Shown: one piece after another, positions 11,748 through 24,711 of the stretch
Layout of the letters: each line of letters opens with the position of its first letter
Position numbering within the stretch: position 1 is the first letter of the stretch
NCBI GenBank assembly: GCA_010015585.1
Contig: ML975156.1
From: Eremomyces bilateralis CBS 781.70
Lineage: Eukaryota
Strand: one strand, 5' to 3'
Length of the DNA stretch: 64,000 nt
Notes under the pieces: generated by a model
Seen by the model: only the letters and a program-made list of their open reading frames with translations
Told to the model about the DNA's origin: nothing
Database searches by the model: none
Translations under genes and position numbers: made by a program

Positions 11748-13721
11748 TCACTCGTCTCGATGTCCTGGTCGAGATCTGCCGTCGGGGGAATTTGGGTCAT
11801 CATGAACGGGCAAGGAAGGGTCCTTCAGGGATGAGTTGGCTTCAGAAACAAACACATCGACCACGGAATTCTCTCCCGTATGTGCCTCCATTTCACCCTG
11901 CGCCTGCCAGCCATCCGTAACATTGATCGGCTCGTCGGCGGCGGCTGCAGCCTCGAGACCACAGGTGTTGGTATTGTGCTTCGCACGTTGGATGAAGGGG
12001 ATTTGAAGAATGCCGACAATGGCGATACCGCAGGCGCCCCACCAGGCAAGAGCGTCGAGGCCGATGTCAGCGCCGAATCCGAAGAGCAAGCCGGCGATCG
12101 GACTGGCGATCATGCGGCACAATCCCCCGGTCGATGCAGCGAGGCCATTGACAGTGCCAAGCATAGATGGAGAGGAAGCCATAGCGGCTTCTTTGATAAG
12201 GATGAGGAGGAGAGGAAAGGCGAGAATAGAGCAGATGTTTCGGAGGGCAAGGCAAGTGAAGATGCCAGGGTAGACGAGATGCTGCGGAAGGAGTGTGAGA
12301 TACGGGACGAGGAAGAGTGCGAATGGGTGGCCAGTGGTGACGACAACGAAGGTGCGCCAGACTCCCAGGAAATTGACAAGTGGGGGGAAAATGAATGCCT
12401 GGATGAAGAGGGCGAGGAGGCCATCGACAGACATGATGATCCCGACGGATTGGGTAGCGAGGCCCAGACCACCAGAGAGTGACAGAGTCGGAGCACGGCC
12501 GTCCTGTAGGAAGATAGGTAGGAGATGGTCGAAGCACATGGAGTGATAGGTGAACCTGCAGCAATGAGTCAAGTTAACAGGGGGGTTCTTACAGCTTTCT
12601 CTCCGTCTTCCTCATCAATGGGTCTCCTGAAGCCGCTTGAGTGTCTGTTTTCGTTGAATTTTGGTACTTACAATCCTAGTGCGACGATGAGCATGACGAT
12701 AGGTTTAGTGAAAACCTTGCGATAAGTAAATGATGGAATCGAAGGAGTCCGCTCCTTCGCGTAAAAATCCAAGGATTCGTCGGACATGGCATATTCAGCA
12801 TGAAATGTCCCATACACATCTTGCTGGCCATCAGTGGCGCGAGAGAGCAGTGGTTCGTTCGTGCCATCACCGAGTAAGGTTGCCTCATTGTCCTTTAGGA
12901 ATGCAGAGTTTGTTTCTTCCAGTAAGAAGAACCCAGCAACAATGGAGACGGCAAGCAGGGCGGCGCAAATAAGATTGGGAAGCAGGTATGGGAACCTACC
13001 GAAGACCGAGTCCGATGGGAAGACCGATGGGAAGCTCTTCGCCGGGTGGGCAAAGTAACCCCCAATAGCCGGGCCTACCATGGTGCCGACAGACCAAATG
13101 AATGGCATCACAGCGAAGGCTTTCGGCTCGTGGGCGGGGTTCTTGACCAGCTCGCCAACCATTGTTTGGATGACCCCAATGTTGCCATTGAGTAGACCGC
13201 CCAGAATCCGCCCAGCCAGAGCCAGCCAGAAGTTACCAGCAAACCCAACTATGAGCAGACTCGTTAGAGTGCCCACGCAACCGAAGAGGAGGATCGGTTT
13301 GCGACCCACACGATCGGAGAGGGATCCCCAGAACATGCCCGTTACTGCTTCGGCAGCGGAGAAGGCGGCGACCAGGATGCCGGCATAGAACGCGGCCGAG
13401 CGCTCAGGAATGCCGAAAGAGATGGTCATAGGCCATGAGTAGGGGAAGATGGATGTCAAGGCCACGGGTTCTGCGAGGCGGACGAGCGCTGCTCAGTGTT
13501 AGCCAGTGCAGATGCAAGAGGGGGATTTGATCCTGGATTGTAGTGTCTGGAGATTGAGATATAATTGAAAGTCACTTACCCAGTACTCCCAATTGTGCCG
13601 TTGGAAAGACGGAGTTGGCATCGTCAACCCTTGCGGGGGCGGGATGGACCTCATGACGAAAGTGTTGATCTTGAGGTTGTGAAGCATGGAAACGGGGTCT
13701 TTTCTGTGGTGTAAGAAACAT
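11748..13721 (-). CDS. Major facilitator superfamily transporter (ZIFL/TetA-like)
   Basis: Exons 13721-13580, 13488-12672, 12555-11748. MFS motif A (WGSLSDRVGRKP), GPAIGGYFAHP and about 12 hydrophobic segments. The 3' end may be spliced further (GTGAGT overlaps the stop). Confidence 0.9.
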
Positions 13722-15397
13722 GTCTTTTGAAAAACCTTTGAACCTTACGGTTGTGCCAACACACGATCCAATTAGTGCTTCACCGAAGCTGATCTCTGAT
13801 GAGTTCCTCCTCCCACTATTAGTGCAGATGTGGAAAGATGGGGAGAATCACTTCTTGGATGCGCTTGACCTATACAATTCCCTGGATGATAGTAGACAAA
13901 TGGTGGATGAGTAGGTGAATTGGGGTGCTGGATTCACGCTGTGAGACGGAATTATGATGATGGAGACGAAAGAAGAAGTGTTCGTGGCGAGAGGAGAAGA
14001 CATGAAGGAGGGGGAAAGTTTTGTATGTGGAGAAGTTGAGGTCCCGATGCAACAGAGTTAGGTAGAACGCTAAGCCTATTGTGGATGGAGAGTCGTATTG
14101 TTGCAGGGATGCAGAGATGGCAGGGCTTGATTGGAGAATTGGAGAAGCAAATAGAGGAGATTCATTGATCGCTGGTATGAAATGTTGCAAAATGCAAACG
14201 CATGCGGCATGAGGAGTGAGCACCAATTCATGGAACTTTGATTTCACCGCTCTTGATATATCCGCTCCCAAAATTCCCATGATCCGGGTTGCTGGTGTTC
14301 TACCGAGTACATGCGGTTCCGTCCCAAGGGCAACCACCCCACCTATGCCTCTTAAATTTATTAATATACTCCTCAACTGCCAGTCGTTTCCATGGTCGTC
14401 GTCATTGGCAAGTCCGCGGCACCTAGTACCAAGGAAGGATCGGCGTATGAAGAACAGTTGCGATGAATATCCAACGGATCTTGATGATCGACTATTCACG
14501 TTCCACATTTATCCCGCCTTCATACAGTGTGCTGTACTAGTCTAGATGTAACAGCGACGCAACTTCTTCACTGCTGTGTTGTTATTCATATATTTCCCCT
14601 CACTTAACATGATGAATTTCCTCCCCAACGTTGGGCAGGTTGTTGAACGAAAAGAGCCAGGATTGAATGCATACATTTTTCATCCAATGATGAGTCTCCA
14701 ATCAAGCCAGGTAGTTTGGCTCTATCGTGGCAACAGACCACTTAAATGCGAGTGCCGACCCTAAGAGGAAATGCGCTCAGGATAGCGTTCAAACTAATTA
14801 CGCGTTGGCTGGCCAGGCTTGTCCATTGGATATCTTTGCCGGAATTGGTCGGTCAACTTAGTCACCACCTGACCACGAGTTTACAGTGGTTGGGGATGCT
14901 GTTGGCTGCAGTTCAACGACTCCTCTTTCTTCAGCACATTCCCCTGAAAGATCCGGCTTGTTGGGGACGAAAAGGCACGGTTTCCGCGGCCATATCCGGC
15001 GAAAGAGCTCGGATGTCTAGAACGGAGGATTTTCTCCCGCCAAACGCATTCGCATAAGCGGCCGGCCGATCCATTACAGCAAACTGAACACGTAAGGGAA
15101 ATTCAGGCCCGAGAAGCCGGCAAGTATCACAGATCACCCGACCAGATGTCACGAACTTCTTCACCCGGGATTCCCGACCGATCATAAACAATGCATGGAG
15201 CAATCAAAAAGTTACGTAAAACGACACGTTCATTTTTCGGGAAGGTCCAGTCTCATCAGGACAGAGCTGATATGCTCGATCTTCCCCGCTCCAGGGCACT
15301 ACAGCCCATGTCAGATTTAGTGGTGATATCCTGATGTCGTGAAGTATCGCAGCATCTTCACGTTGATATGGGGATCCGATCAAAGCCATCCAGTAAC

Positions 15398-17655
15398 CTA
15401 CATGATGACCCACCGCTGCCCACCCATCGCGCAAATCCGATTAAACAACTCATCCCGCATCTCCATCGCCGTCACCCGATGATTCTCCCCCTCGCGCGTC
15501 ACCACCTCCACCCCATCCTTTAGATTCCGCTCAAACGCCCACCCGACCACCAGCCGTCCCTTCCACCCATAGCCGCCGACCTTCCTGATCTCCGCGATCT
15601 CCGCGATCGGCACCGTCCAGATCGCCAGCGCGCGCACCGTGTCTTCCGCGCCGTGCATCATAGCCGGCGCCACCTGCCCCGCGACTTTCTCCGCCCAGAA
15701 CCCGACGAAGGGGACCACCGCGTGCGTCACGATCACGACCCGCCCTTTATGGCCGCGGTAGCGCGCTTTGAACTGCACCGGTCCGCCGATCTTGCGCTCG
15801 GTTTTCGAGGCGGGGATCGCGCCGAGGCGGTCTTTAGCGTGTTGCGAACCGGCCTTCGCTTTGGCCGCGTCGATGCCGATTGCTGCTGAGAGGGTGGCGC
15901 GAGTTGTGCCTTTGAAGAAGCCGATGAGCTTTGAAGCCCGCTGCGGTTTACCGTTGGTCGTCTCATTTGGCGGTTCGGTGCTGGAAGTTGGAGAGGGAGC
16001 TATGGCCGCTTGTAGCTCCGTTTCGGAAGCACCCAGCGGTGCGTCACCTTCCGTGGCTGCAACTTCAGTAGAATTATTAGACGTAGTCTGAGATGGTGGA
16101 AGTGGACTAGTTCTCGGTACGGGTGGAAGAGGAGCATGGTTGGCTTCGCCGATACGCAGAAGGGTAATTGTAACTTGCGCGTTGGTAGGGATGCCCTTGA
16201 GAAGTGTATTTCGCAGGTCTAGCAACTTCTGCCAGTGTGGGTATGTGTGATTGAGCCACTCGACACCACGCTGAATAACTGGGTCGCCAAAAAACCCAAA
16301 TCCAATGCCGAACGTTGCCACTTTCGAGATCATATAAGGGGTTATAAAGAACGAGCCTAAGAGTATCGGGAGTACTAGACCGGCGAGACGTAGTCGATGG
16401 AGATGTTTCGGAAAAGGGGGCATTGGAGACAAGGCACTGAGAAATCAGTCGGCACACTCGAAAGGAGTCGGTGTTTGGGTACTCACTTTCCAATCCTTTC
16501 CCACGTATCGCTGACCTCGGCCATGCCGTATATCATCGGCCCCATAGCCTCGAAGATCGCCTTTTCCATTGGCTCCTTCGTTTTGTCATGCCTCTTCGAT
16601 AGCGGTCCTCCTTGTGCTACCGCCTTTGCATCCGCAGCCTCCGCGGCGATTAATGACGTCCGATCCGGACCAGCCTTTGCCCCGCGATCTTTCGCAGTTG
16701 GGCTTTCGTCATCCTCGCGTTCTTCTTCGTCGTTGGCGCCAGCAAAATTCGCATCCCTTTTGCCCGCAGCGCTACTCAACGCGACGTTGGCGATCCCGTT
16801 GACGAGATTACTGGCTTCTTGCTCCACTGCCTCTCCCTTGTAGTTCTCGGGAGCACCGGTTGCGCTGTCTGTGCTGCCCAAGTCTCCGGTAGCGGGCTTC
16901 TGGACACCCCCGCTCGTTCCATGCACAAGTGCTAGTGGCACCGGAGGGAAGAGAATGGGTCGTAAGGGCGGGTAGGCGACGAGGACGAGGAGTATGATGA
17001 GGAATAGCGGCAAGAGGACATCAAACAGACATGCTGCAAAGTAGGCCTACTCCATGTTAGAAGTACTGGGTGACTCGGATCTCAGGTCGACGGACAATAC
17101 AGAACAATGATGTGCGCCACTTTTCTTTCCATGACCGTAACCGAATCATGTGTTTCCCAAATTTCACCACACCGACCACCACAGTGACGTATAGCCTCTC
17201 AAGAGTGCTCCGTAATTCAGCTGGGGTATAGTCGGCCTCCTGCGCGAGGTTCATATCCAGACTCCCCCGTGCAGGATGCGGCGTTTCCTTGAGATGATGC
17301 ACTTGCTATGACATGTTAGCTAGCTCCCTCCACCACGGAAATCCCATCCACCTACATTGTTGAATCTCCTCAATAGGAGCCATAACTCCTCGTTCCTCAA
17401 TCCCCCAACCACCGGCTTCGGGACGTTACTCTCGTCTCCATCCCACCCAAGATTGGTTACATCGCCAATTGAACCGTGATTCTGTGGCATCTGCGCGGCG
17501 CCTTTCTCCGGATGATCTGCTATTGCAAGCGCATGACTCGCCGTGGGCTCGGAACGCATCGTGGTATGCAAGTCCTCCTTGTCTACGTCTAGGTCGTCGG
17601 GGATAGGGAGGATGTCCATCACGGCGGTAGTCGCTTCGTCCATGGTGAGGGACAT
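15398..17655 (-). CDS. DUF3292-family membrane protein
   Basis: Exons 17655-17356, 17305-17096, 17046-16487, 16436-15398. Motifs GGLRNEELWLLLRRFN, LRSTLERLY, GSTDSATGAPENYKGEAVEQEASN, GIPTNAQVTITLLRIGE. Confidence 0.8.
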
Positions 17656-18131
17656 GCGTAGTTCAGCACAAACTTGAAGGATTCCTGGAGCGATGGTGAT
17701 TCCATGTCTGGACAGAAGTGGACTTCCATCTTCTTATCTATGATGTTGTCATACAGGCTTGAGGACATCAAGAGTTTAGGACAACGGAAGCAAGTAGAAG
17801 GCACGTCATAATGAAAGTGGCGCGTCCTGGCCCCTGGGTTCGGGTGGGACAAGCGTCGCGATTAGCCTGGAGTGATCATCCCTAGTCTCCCGCTTCGCAG
17901 CTTGACCGGCATAGGAACCGGAGATTCAGAGCTAGCGATTACGATGGGCAATTCGCTGATGTGACTCCATATAATAGTAAGGTATGATATCTCATTTCAT
18001 ATCGGGTTGATTGGCAAGACAGGCACTTTATAAGTACCAAATACGTATACGCGGACTCGCATTCGAAAGTCGAAAGGGTATCAATATATCTTCAATGTAG
18101 GTACGTCTCATAGAACAGAGCAATTCCGCCT

Positions 18132-21100
18132 CTACTGTTCCTCGCCTTCCCTCGAATCCTCCATACCGGTATCAGAAGGTGGTTTCTCCTTGTCGCCCAA
18201 ACTTGCAGCAATGCTCTCTTGCAAGTCCTCATCCAACTTCGACGCCAGGCCGGGGAACATGCTTCTCGCCTCCTGCTCTCCATCGTCCCCGTCCTCGGGT
18301 TCATCCTCCAGATCCTCGAGGTCGCTCAACGAACTGCCACTATCATCGTCTGCATCTGTACCCTTTACTCCCGCTGCACCCTGGCCTGAACCATCGTTTT
18401 CCGACGCCGTGCCTGATCGTCCGTTCGAATCAATGATGACTTGAACGGTGCTGGCCCGTGTGGGTGTAGGTCCATTCGTAGAGCCATTACTTGGAGTGGA
18501 AGCGCTTGCAGGCGCCACCGGCCTTGTCGCAGCAGCTTCGGCTTTGCGATGTACCTCTCTCCGCCCGACGCCCTTGGTCCTCGATCTACTGGTCTGATCA
18601 CTGGGCTGTATGGGAACGGCCACGCTATTCAGAGCGGCACCGCCAGTGGCAGGCGTGCCGGCTCGAGAAAGATCCGACGCACCATCCATGTGTCCATTGG
18701 CGGACAACATTGCGTTCGGTGCCATGTTCGAGATGTCCAGCTTCATCGCGATTTGCGTGTACATCAAGGCGTATGTATCTCCGATGAGGTCATCGATCAA
18801 TGTGGGTTTCATGAGGCCGTTGTTGGCCTTCTTAAGTTCGATCACATCTCGGAGGATGTCGAGGAGAGGGGAGGTTGTATCCGGAGAATGGGCCCATTGC
18901 TCTAATCGCGCCGACCGAACATTCCATTCATCGTGGCTGAGGTTCTTGAATACCGTGTCTTCATGCCCGTCGGGGACCTTGCCCGCACGTCGTAGAATCT
19001 TCAGGTAGCCGACGCAGAGCTCCTGCCATAACTTCGAATGCTGGAAGAACTCGTGTGGCTTCTTCCGAACGCGCTTGGACAGAAGTTCGAGGCTGGCTCG
19101 GTCGCCAAGCTGGACGAGGATGCGCACAAAGAACTGGGTGTATCGCGTGGTATATACGAAGTGACGCCCGGCTCGTTCATGTTCCGGTTTCCAGACGTTG
19201 ACAATCATCGTCTTCGTGAAGATCGCCTGTGTTAGTTCATGTTTGACGCCGATTGCGGCAGTGATGTCGTCGGCGGAATCATCGTAGATAACATGTGCGG
19301 CTCGCAAGGTCATGCGATGATGCCACCCAGACTTGTCAGCCGATCGCAATGCCTTGAGCACACCAAGTACGTAAGGCTCCCAGTCATCCATTTCAGTCGG
19401 TTGCGGCAGTTTCTGGGCGTACGAGATCGAATTCAGAATTTCGCAAGCCTCTTCGAGCGATATGTCTTTGCACTGAAGTAGCTTGTGGGTGATGGAAAGA
19501 AGCTTGTAGCGCGGCTCGAGAATCGGGTCCCTTCGACTCTTCGACGGAAGGAGATTGACTGCGATCGTGAGCTGCTCGATCACATCTTCCCAGCTTGGAG
19601 CGGCCGCGTTTCTTCGGACGTCCTCCGGAGCTCGATACATTTTCCAATAGCACTTGGCGAGCATGTAATGATACGGCCACTGCCCTTCTCGTAGTGTGAT
19701 AGCCTTGCCAAACAGGGCAGCTGCGTACTTCCATGCCGTATAAAGCCCAAGCGGGTTAAAAGGCACGGATTTATACATGGTCATGTTCTGACTGCTAAAG
19801 TTTCGTTGCTCGCTCTCTCGAATGGAGAAAGCATGCATAGAGAATGGTTCTCGCGAAGATGAGTATATCCGCATCCCGAAATCGGCGTACAACTGTGCCA
19901 TCTGGGAGATGTCCTCTGGAGATGTATCGGCGGTTCTGACAGCGCATGCAACTGCCATTGTATAAGAGTGTATCGCCTGTCTCTGATAGGCGAGGATCTC
20001 ATGGCTGCCCGCATTGATCTTTTCGGCGGTCCAGGAAACTCGCTCCTCAAGCTGACTGTCATACCCCTGGCCAATCCTGTGCCACGTTTTCCAGCGGTCC
20101 GCATCGAACTCGAGGTCTTGATGGAATAGAGCAATGGCCACGTCTAGATCCTCAGTTGATCCACCTTGCAGTCGCTTTTGGGAGCGGAATTTGTTGAATG
20201 CAAGACTGCCGATAAGAAAATACCAGCCTTTTTCCGCTGGCGGCCACACGCCAGCAGAGATGGGCCTGCTCTCGCCAATATCTCCCACGCCATTCAGGCA
20301 TTGGTAAAGACGGAGCGGGTTGATTGGAGATTTGAGGAGGGATTGAACCAATTTCTTGTTGATCACCATCTCGTCAACAACCTTAGCACGACCCAGGGCT
20401 GCCTGGACTTTCTCGATTGCAGATCTTAGCTCCATCTTCGGGATGTCTTTGAGCCCAACTTTTTGCACTTGGGCTATGACAAAATCCAGGAGCCGCGTTG
20501 CAGTTTTCCGCGTGAGTGGTTCGGCTGCTGCCGAGTCTGTGATGCTGTGATCTGCAACGTCGTTCACGCTAGTACAGCAACGCAGATCATAGAGGTCGTA
20601 GAGTGCTTGGATCAACTCCGTTTCTCCTTCAGTATCAATTTGCCACAAGTCAAGGAGTTCATCCTTCATCATTCGGAGTAGGGCTTTGTTGGATGCCTTG
20701 CAGATGTAGCGAATGCCGAGCGAGTCGTGCAGCGCCCTGAGGAACTCGACTTTGAGGTGATCTGAATCTTCGAAAGCCTCCTTGTCCTGAATCATTCCTT
20801 CTTTAACGAGCTGGTAGAATAACATCCAGGAGCGAACCTCCAAATCGTGGAGTACAGTCGCCAACTTGTTGAACGGAGAATTCGGACGATTCTCTCCAAT
20901 GGGCGACACCTGTCCGATGCGCTGATTGATTTCGAACAAACTGAATGAATGGAACAGACGGCATAGCTCTGCGACAGCATGGGTGGACGACCGGAGATGT
21001 TGGTCATCGAAGCATTCGAATGGATTCTCGATCGTCTTCAGTGACAATCCCAACGCTTTATGCAAGAAGTCGGCAATGAGCTTGACTCCAGATATCAGCT

Positions 21101-23988
21101 GATCTTGTCTCTCCACCGGCATCGCATCTTGATACCTCGGGCTCTTGAACTCTTCAACGACAGCTTCGATGCTTCGAATATAACACGAAACGACTTTTGT
21201 GGGGTAGTCAATCGCCTCGTATGCGTCGCGCAGACGCTGCCATAATGAAAGCTTCAATGAAAGATCGCTATTGTTAAGAAACTTCCTCATTTCCGCTGCT
21301 TGGTCGAAGAGATCAATGTTTCCGTGAGAAGAGTCATGTCCTCCACCTATTCCAGGGATCAGGGGGTCTAGCAAAGGCTCTAAAGTTTCAATAACCGTCG
21401 CGGGGTCCGTTTCGTTTTGATCGAAGATGGAGAGGAAAGAGTCTTTCATCTGGATCTTGCTCAGCTCCCGCTCCGCGGCTTCTTTCGACAGCTCCGGAAT
21501 AACAGCATTATTCTGAAGGACGATGTGAGTGTCATGGGTAGAGGACATGGTCTCTTGAAGATCTTTCAGGCACATGACGATGTGCGACTGTTCAATACCT
21601 TCGGCGACATTGAGATGGAAAACCGCGGTCCATATGTGACGTATCTGGAGATCGTCGAGCTTTTGAGATGGCGCGTTGACGAGGTTAACAACATAATTAG
21701 CCACGTAGGCCCATCTCTCCAACCGATCCTTTTGGGACGATTGTGTGCTGAAGTCTACACCGCTTCCGGGGTTACGAATCAACGTGTATACGTCCAAGTG
21801 TAGTTCGTAAATGGTCTGGCACAGTTCGGCAAGATCCATATCGGCTCGCCAGAACCGATTCTCTGACGCAGTGGCTGTAGGTTTACACGCACCTCTCTCA
21901 AGATCAAGCACTGCTGTCGTCAGACGATCAAAAATAAACTCATCCATGTGAACCAAGGTTTGGACCACCGCCCTCTTCAAATCGTCTGGCCATTGGTGAC
22001 GGAGATAACTGGACTCGCAGCGGTCCGAGGAATTCGCAGCGGTGAATTGAGGGTCGGGCTTTAGCAATGAAGATAACCAAAGCCAAGACGCCTCCATCGC
22101 TGAAAGCCATGAACCATTGATCCGTTGAATGAGGTTCGGTAAGCCATGTTCGGCAGCAATACGTAGCTTGTCGGAAGGGTTAGACCTGCCGGACTTTGCG
22201 TTTCCCAGGAAAGCATTTAGCCCTGCCTCGCGAGACGTCTCAGCAATGGTTTCGGCCGATGGCGGATTTGCCAATCGAGCCACGATCTCAGGCGTAGGCT
22301 CGCGGGCTAGAGTCTGAATGTCGTGAAGTGCAGTGTTAAGGGTGCCGGGTTTGGGGACGGCGGGGTGATCCTTGAGCAGTTGACGAAGTTGCTCTGCATC
22401 ACCGATGCTAGAAGACTTCATTTTTTCAAGGAGTCGATTGGTAACGTCAAAGAGCACATCGTCTGTCTCCGAATAAGGCCGCAATTGCTCGGCAAGCTGC
22501 TGGTCGGGGTCAACATTCTCCAGCTCATGACCATTGCCGCCGTCTGCAACGCTATCTCGTGCACGAATGCGCTTGCTCCTGGATCGAACACCATCTGCAG
22601 TCTCGGGAAGACCTGCAGAGTCGGTGGATCTCTTCCTAGATGGCAAGCTGATCGGTTCGTTCGTGGGCTCCCTCTTGATAGCTTCACCTGGGGGAGCACT
22701 GTCACTCATCTCTACGTCAAGCTTCTCTGTTGGGGTATCGGGAGTAGTCGTGGGTGGTTTTTCCGGACCTACTTCGTTTGCAACTATGGTTTGGCTAGTT
22801 ATAACATCGTGCTTGAGCGCTTCGATTGGGTTCGATTCGGCAGGTGGAGGAGCTGGAGGAGTTGGGGGAATTGGAGGTGACAGGTGCGAAGGAACCACAA
22901 TCTCAATTCCATAGCCGGAGTCGGTGGTACCGACGCCCTGGCTTTGGGTGTGGTATTGCTGGAGCAGCGCCTCGCCAACGCCCGACCAGGTATAATCCGA
23001 GAGACTCAGCCTATACCTGGAAGCAGGCGCCTCTGGAGCTATATGTTGTATGTCATCGTTGCCAGCGAGATTCTTGAGCTGCGCGAATCCTGGTTCGTCG
23101 AGATTGCGAAGCAATGTCAAAGCCTTGTGACTCGGTTTAAAGGAAGAGAGGGGGCGCTGGCGTGCCGACAGGTCGTCTTCGAGTCTTTGAACGATCTAAA
23201 CCGGATCTATCAGCAGCTGACTGAAAATAGGAGTCGAATGACGAACCTGTTTTAACCTATGCGTGGCGTACTGCTCTTCAAGACCGATCTGTCCGGTAAT
23301 CGCCTGCAAGCCGTCATCCTCTCCATCTAGAACTGCTTCGATGCAGAACCGAGCGGCACGAGTGCTGCCAACCAAGGCGGCAACGGCAGAGGCTCTTCTC
23401 CATAGGTCCAGATCGGCGTCATCTTTATCCAGCGCATCCGCGAATAGCCTTATGATCTCCTTGGCAGCTGCTTTGATAGCTTTCGGTGACTTGCGCGCTT
23501 CATCAACGCTGTTGCCCGTGCCTGCATCAGTGGCTAAGGTCTGAAGCCTCTCAAGTAAGAACTGGCCATGGTTCTTGAACGACAAATGCAGGATCTGCAG
23601 CAGAGTATTGGGAGTCCCCTCAGACGGCCCGGCCAAGATCACTGGGCCAGTGTGAAGATCCTCGATCCCAAGGTCATCGTATGGGATATTTCCGAACTGC
23701 TCAACCTTGCTGAACTCGGATTGTGCTTCGGGATATTTGAAGATGTCGGACTTAAACAGCGCATCGTATGCTTCAGCTGCTTCTTTGAATGACCGAGGAC
23801 CCTCTGAATGGAATCGTAGTGCGGTCTGGTAGAGCTTGAGGGCCTCTTCGATCTGGATTTCCTTGGTGTCATCGACCTCCTCGTCGGAGACGTTATCATA
23901 CTCGATATTCAGCGCCGTGAAACCCGACTAGAAATAGGATATACAATTAGCTAATGTCAAAGTGGGTATCTAGAGGTTTGCGCACCAT
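18132..23988 (-). CDS. HIR3: Histone transcription regulator 3 (HIR complex, Cabin1 homolog)
   Basis: ATG-only first coding exon (23988-23986), then exons 23927-23247 and 23195-18132. N-terminus GFTALNIE...DDTKEIQIEEALKLY; C-terminal ADKSGWHHRM and WKPEHERAGRHFVYT motifs. Confidence 0.92.
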
Positions 23989-24711
23989 GATGGCTTAGAA
24001 AGGTGGACGTATCTGCTATACTAAATCGGTAGATGAAACCATATACTCAAGTTCGAAGGAAGTGAAAGGAGCATCAGAAATCAAGGTGCGGCCTGTCGCC
24101 GGCCGCAGAGTTTGCGGTCAGTGAATTGTGAGGCCGACCATTAATATTAGTCGTAAGAGTGCGGGTGGGAATCGCATGGATAGTGAGTGATATGGATGGA
24201 GCGTGAGGTTGGAGGAACACGTCGCGTCTGGCCACTTTGGACACACTTGGATGTGAGGCGCGAATGAGCTCATAACCTCAGCCGGGCTGTTAGGTAACGA
24301 CCAGGGGTAAATAGAGTCTAGGGCGCCAATAATGGGTGGGTGGTTTGGCAGTGCACCCTCCCATTTAGGTGCCCTTGTAGGCTCTTCACTGCCTAGTTCA
24401 TAGGGAGGCCTAGCGCCTGGAGCTCCCCTCAAGCTGTTCCTGTCTTCCTTCATTCCTTGTCCCCTACGGAGCACAGCTATTCCCCATATTATCTGTCCAC
24501 TGCTCACAAAGCTTCCTGTGTGATGCTCAACCTGAACGTGAAATCACAGCAGCATCAGTAACAGCTGCAAACCGACCAAATCCCTTCCACACGTCCTCTT
24601 TTATAGTTCAGTAAAGCACTGGCATGATGCTAGCTTAAGGATTGTGAAATATCTACGAACCTCTCCTCACACACATCTTGCTCGACCGGCATCGCTGCTC
24701 TCTCGGTCGCC

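Noticed and set aside
12556..12671. Nested intron (stwintron) in the MFS second intron
   Set aside because: An internal GTAAGA exists, but I could not place a matching internal branch point and acceptor that would rebuild a splice site.
13499..13687. ORF-track MLHNLK... as the first exon of the MFS gene
   Set aside because: Wrong frame. The ATG at 13721 gives the in-frame FPTAQLGVL|ALVRLAEP junction.
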